From: Octopus sinensis
Taxonomy: Eukaryota
Reading direction: 5' to 3'
Length of the DNA stretch: 64,000 bases
NCBI RefSeq assembly: GCF_006345805.1
Contig: NC_043000.1
Span: forward strand, 18,104,001-18,168,000
Positions within the stretch are counted from its first letter, which is position 1. Each line of letters starts with the position of its first letter. The position numbers and the translations under genes are program-made. Positions 62,984 to 64,000 of the stretch are shown here, piece by piece. The notes below the pieces were generated by a model that saw only the letters and a list, made by a program, of their open reading frames with translations, was not told where the DNA came from and searched no databases.

Positions 62984-63684
62984 TAAGACAAGACACTCAT
63001 AAATATGAACACCAATACTTGCTGTGTCTGATGGATTACTCAGAAAACACAGTAGTAAATAGGATTCTCTTATAAAATAAGAGAGAGAGAAAGAGGAAGG
63101 AGATAGAAAGATAGGTAGAAAGAAAAAGAGAGAGAAAGAGGAAGGAGATAGATAGATAGGTAGAGAGAAAAAGAGAGAGAGGAAGGAGATAGATAGATAG
63201 ATAGATAGGTAGAGAGAAAGAGAGAGAGATAAAGAGAGAGCAGCTGATATGATGTGACTGAAAGTGTTATATAGCAGCAAAACTCATTAAGATATAACAT
63301 GATCCAGTCTGATATCTTCAGTCCAGTTACAGAGCCAACAACAAGCAATGTGATGACACTTCCCTATACAGTTGTTATGGTGACATATGCGGGGCATGTC
63401 TAAACAGATGTCCATTAAAATAATATTGATGATGATGATAATAGTTAAGGGCAGTGGTGGTGATAATTTTAATAACAATTGAGAGCAATGATGTTGATGA
63501 TAATGGTAGTTGTGTTGTTTGTGGTTAAAATGACTGAAGGACGGATGATAAAGTGGACAGAGGCAGAAAAGGAGAATGGAGATGGCATTGATAAAACAAT
63601 CAACAATTATATAATGCTACCAGTTACTTTAGAGCTGGGAGGATGGAGTGAAACAGAGTTAAGTGTCTTGGTCATCAAGGAGAC

Positions 63685-64000
63685 ATGAACAGAGCTGGCA
63701 GAAACGTTAGCATGCTGGGAGAAATGCTTAGTGATATTTCGTCTGCCGCTATGTTCTGAGTTCAAATTCCGCCGAGGTCACTTTTGTCTTTCATCGATAA
63801 ATTAAGCACTAGTTGTGTACTGGGGTTGATCTAATTGACTGGCTCTCTCCCATCAAATTTGAGTCCTTGTGCCTAGAGTAGAAAAGAAAAGAACACCCAA
63901 GGCGGCGAGCTGGCAGAATCGTTCGCACGCCGAGCAAAGTGTTTAGCAGTATTTCGTCTGCCGCTACGTTCTGGGTTCAAATTCCGCAGAGGTTGACTTT
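63685..64000 (+). mobile_element. Two family C copies, the second truncated by the window end
   Basis: GAGCTGGCAGAA...GTTCTGAGTTCAAATTCCG motif twice. Confidence 0.75.

Overview
AT-rich, microsatellite- and retroposon-dense eukaryotic genomic DNA. The SINE, MITE and RTE repertoire looks like an octopod cephalopod; this is inference from recalled families, not a database hit. Two convergent protein-coding genes can be rebuilt by hand with canonical GT-AG introns and matching phases. TRABD (+) has its last 6 coding exons at 737-17287. Glycerol kinase 5, GK5 (-), has its last 10 coding exons from 61445 down to 22373. Both 5' ends lie outside the window, and a 100-N scaffold gap sits in a GK5 intron. 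Almost all ORFs in the supplied track are repeat or microsatellite artefacts. Introns contain at least three tRNA-derived SINE families, RTE and CR1 LINE fragments, piggyBac-, hAT-, mariner- and pogo-type MITEs, and Helentron-like elements. The most interesting signal is a ~270-bp element with a tRNA-like Pol III head joined to a minimal type I hammerhead ribozyme of the Penelope/retrozyme kind. It occurs as a head-to-head pair just downstream of a GK5 exon, and the copy transcribed in sense with GK5 carries a G12A core substitution. Also notable are tandem arrays built from LINE 3' ends (RTE and CR1), a 157-bp satellite riding on an RTE tail inside a SINE, a twin-priming-type inverted RTE insertion, and several long hairpins abutting short GK5 exons. 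Repeat boundaries are approximate unless a TSD or TIR is quoted.
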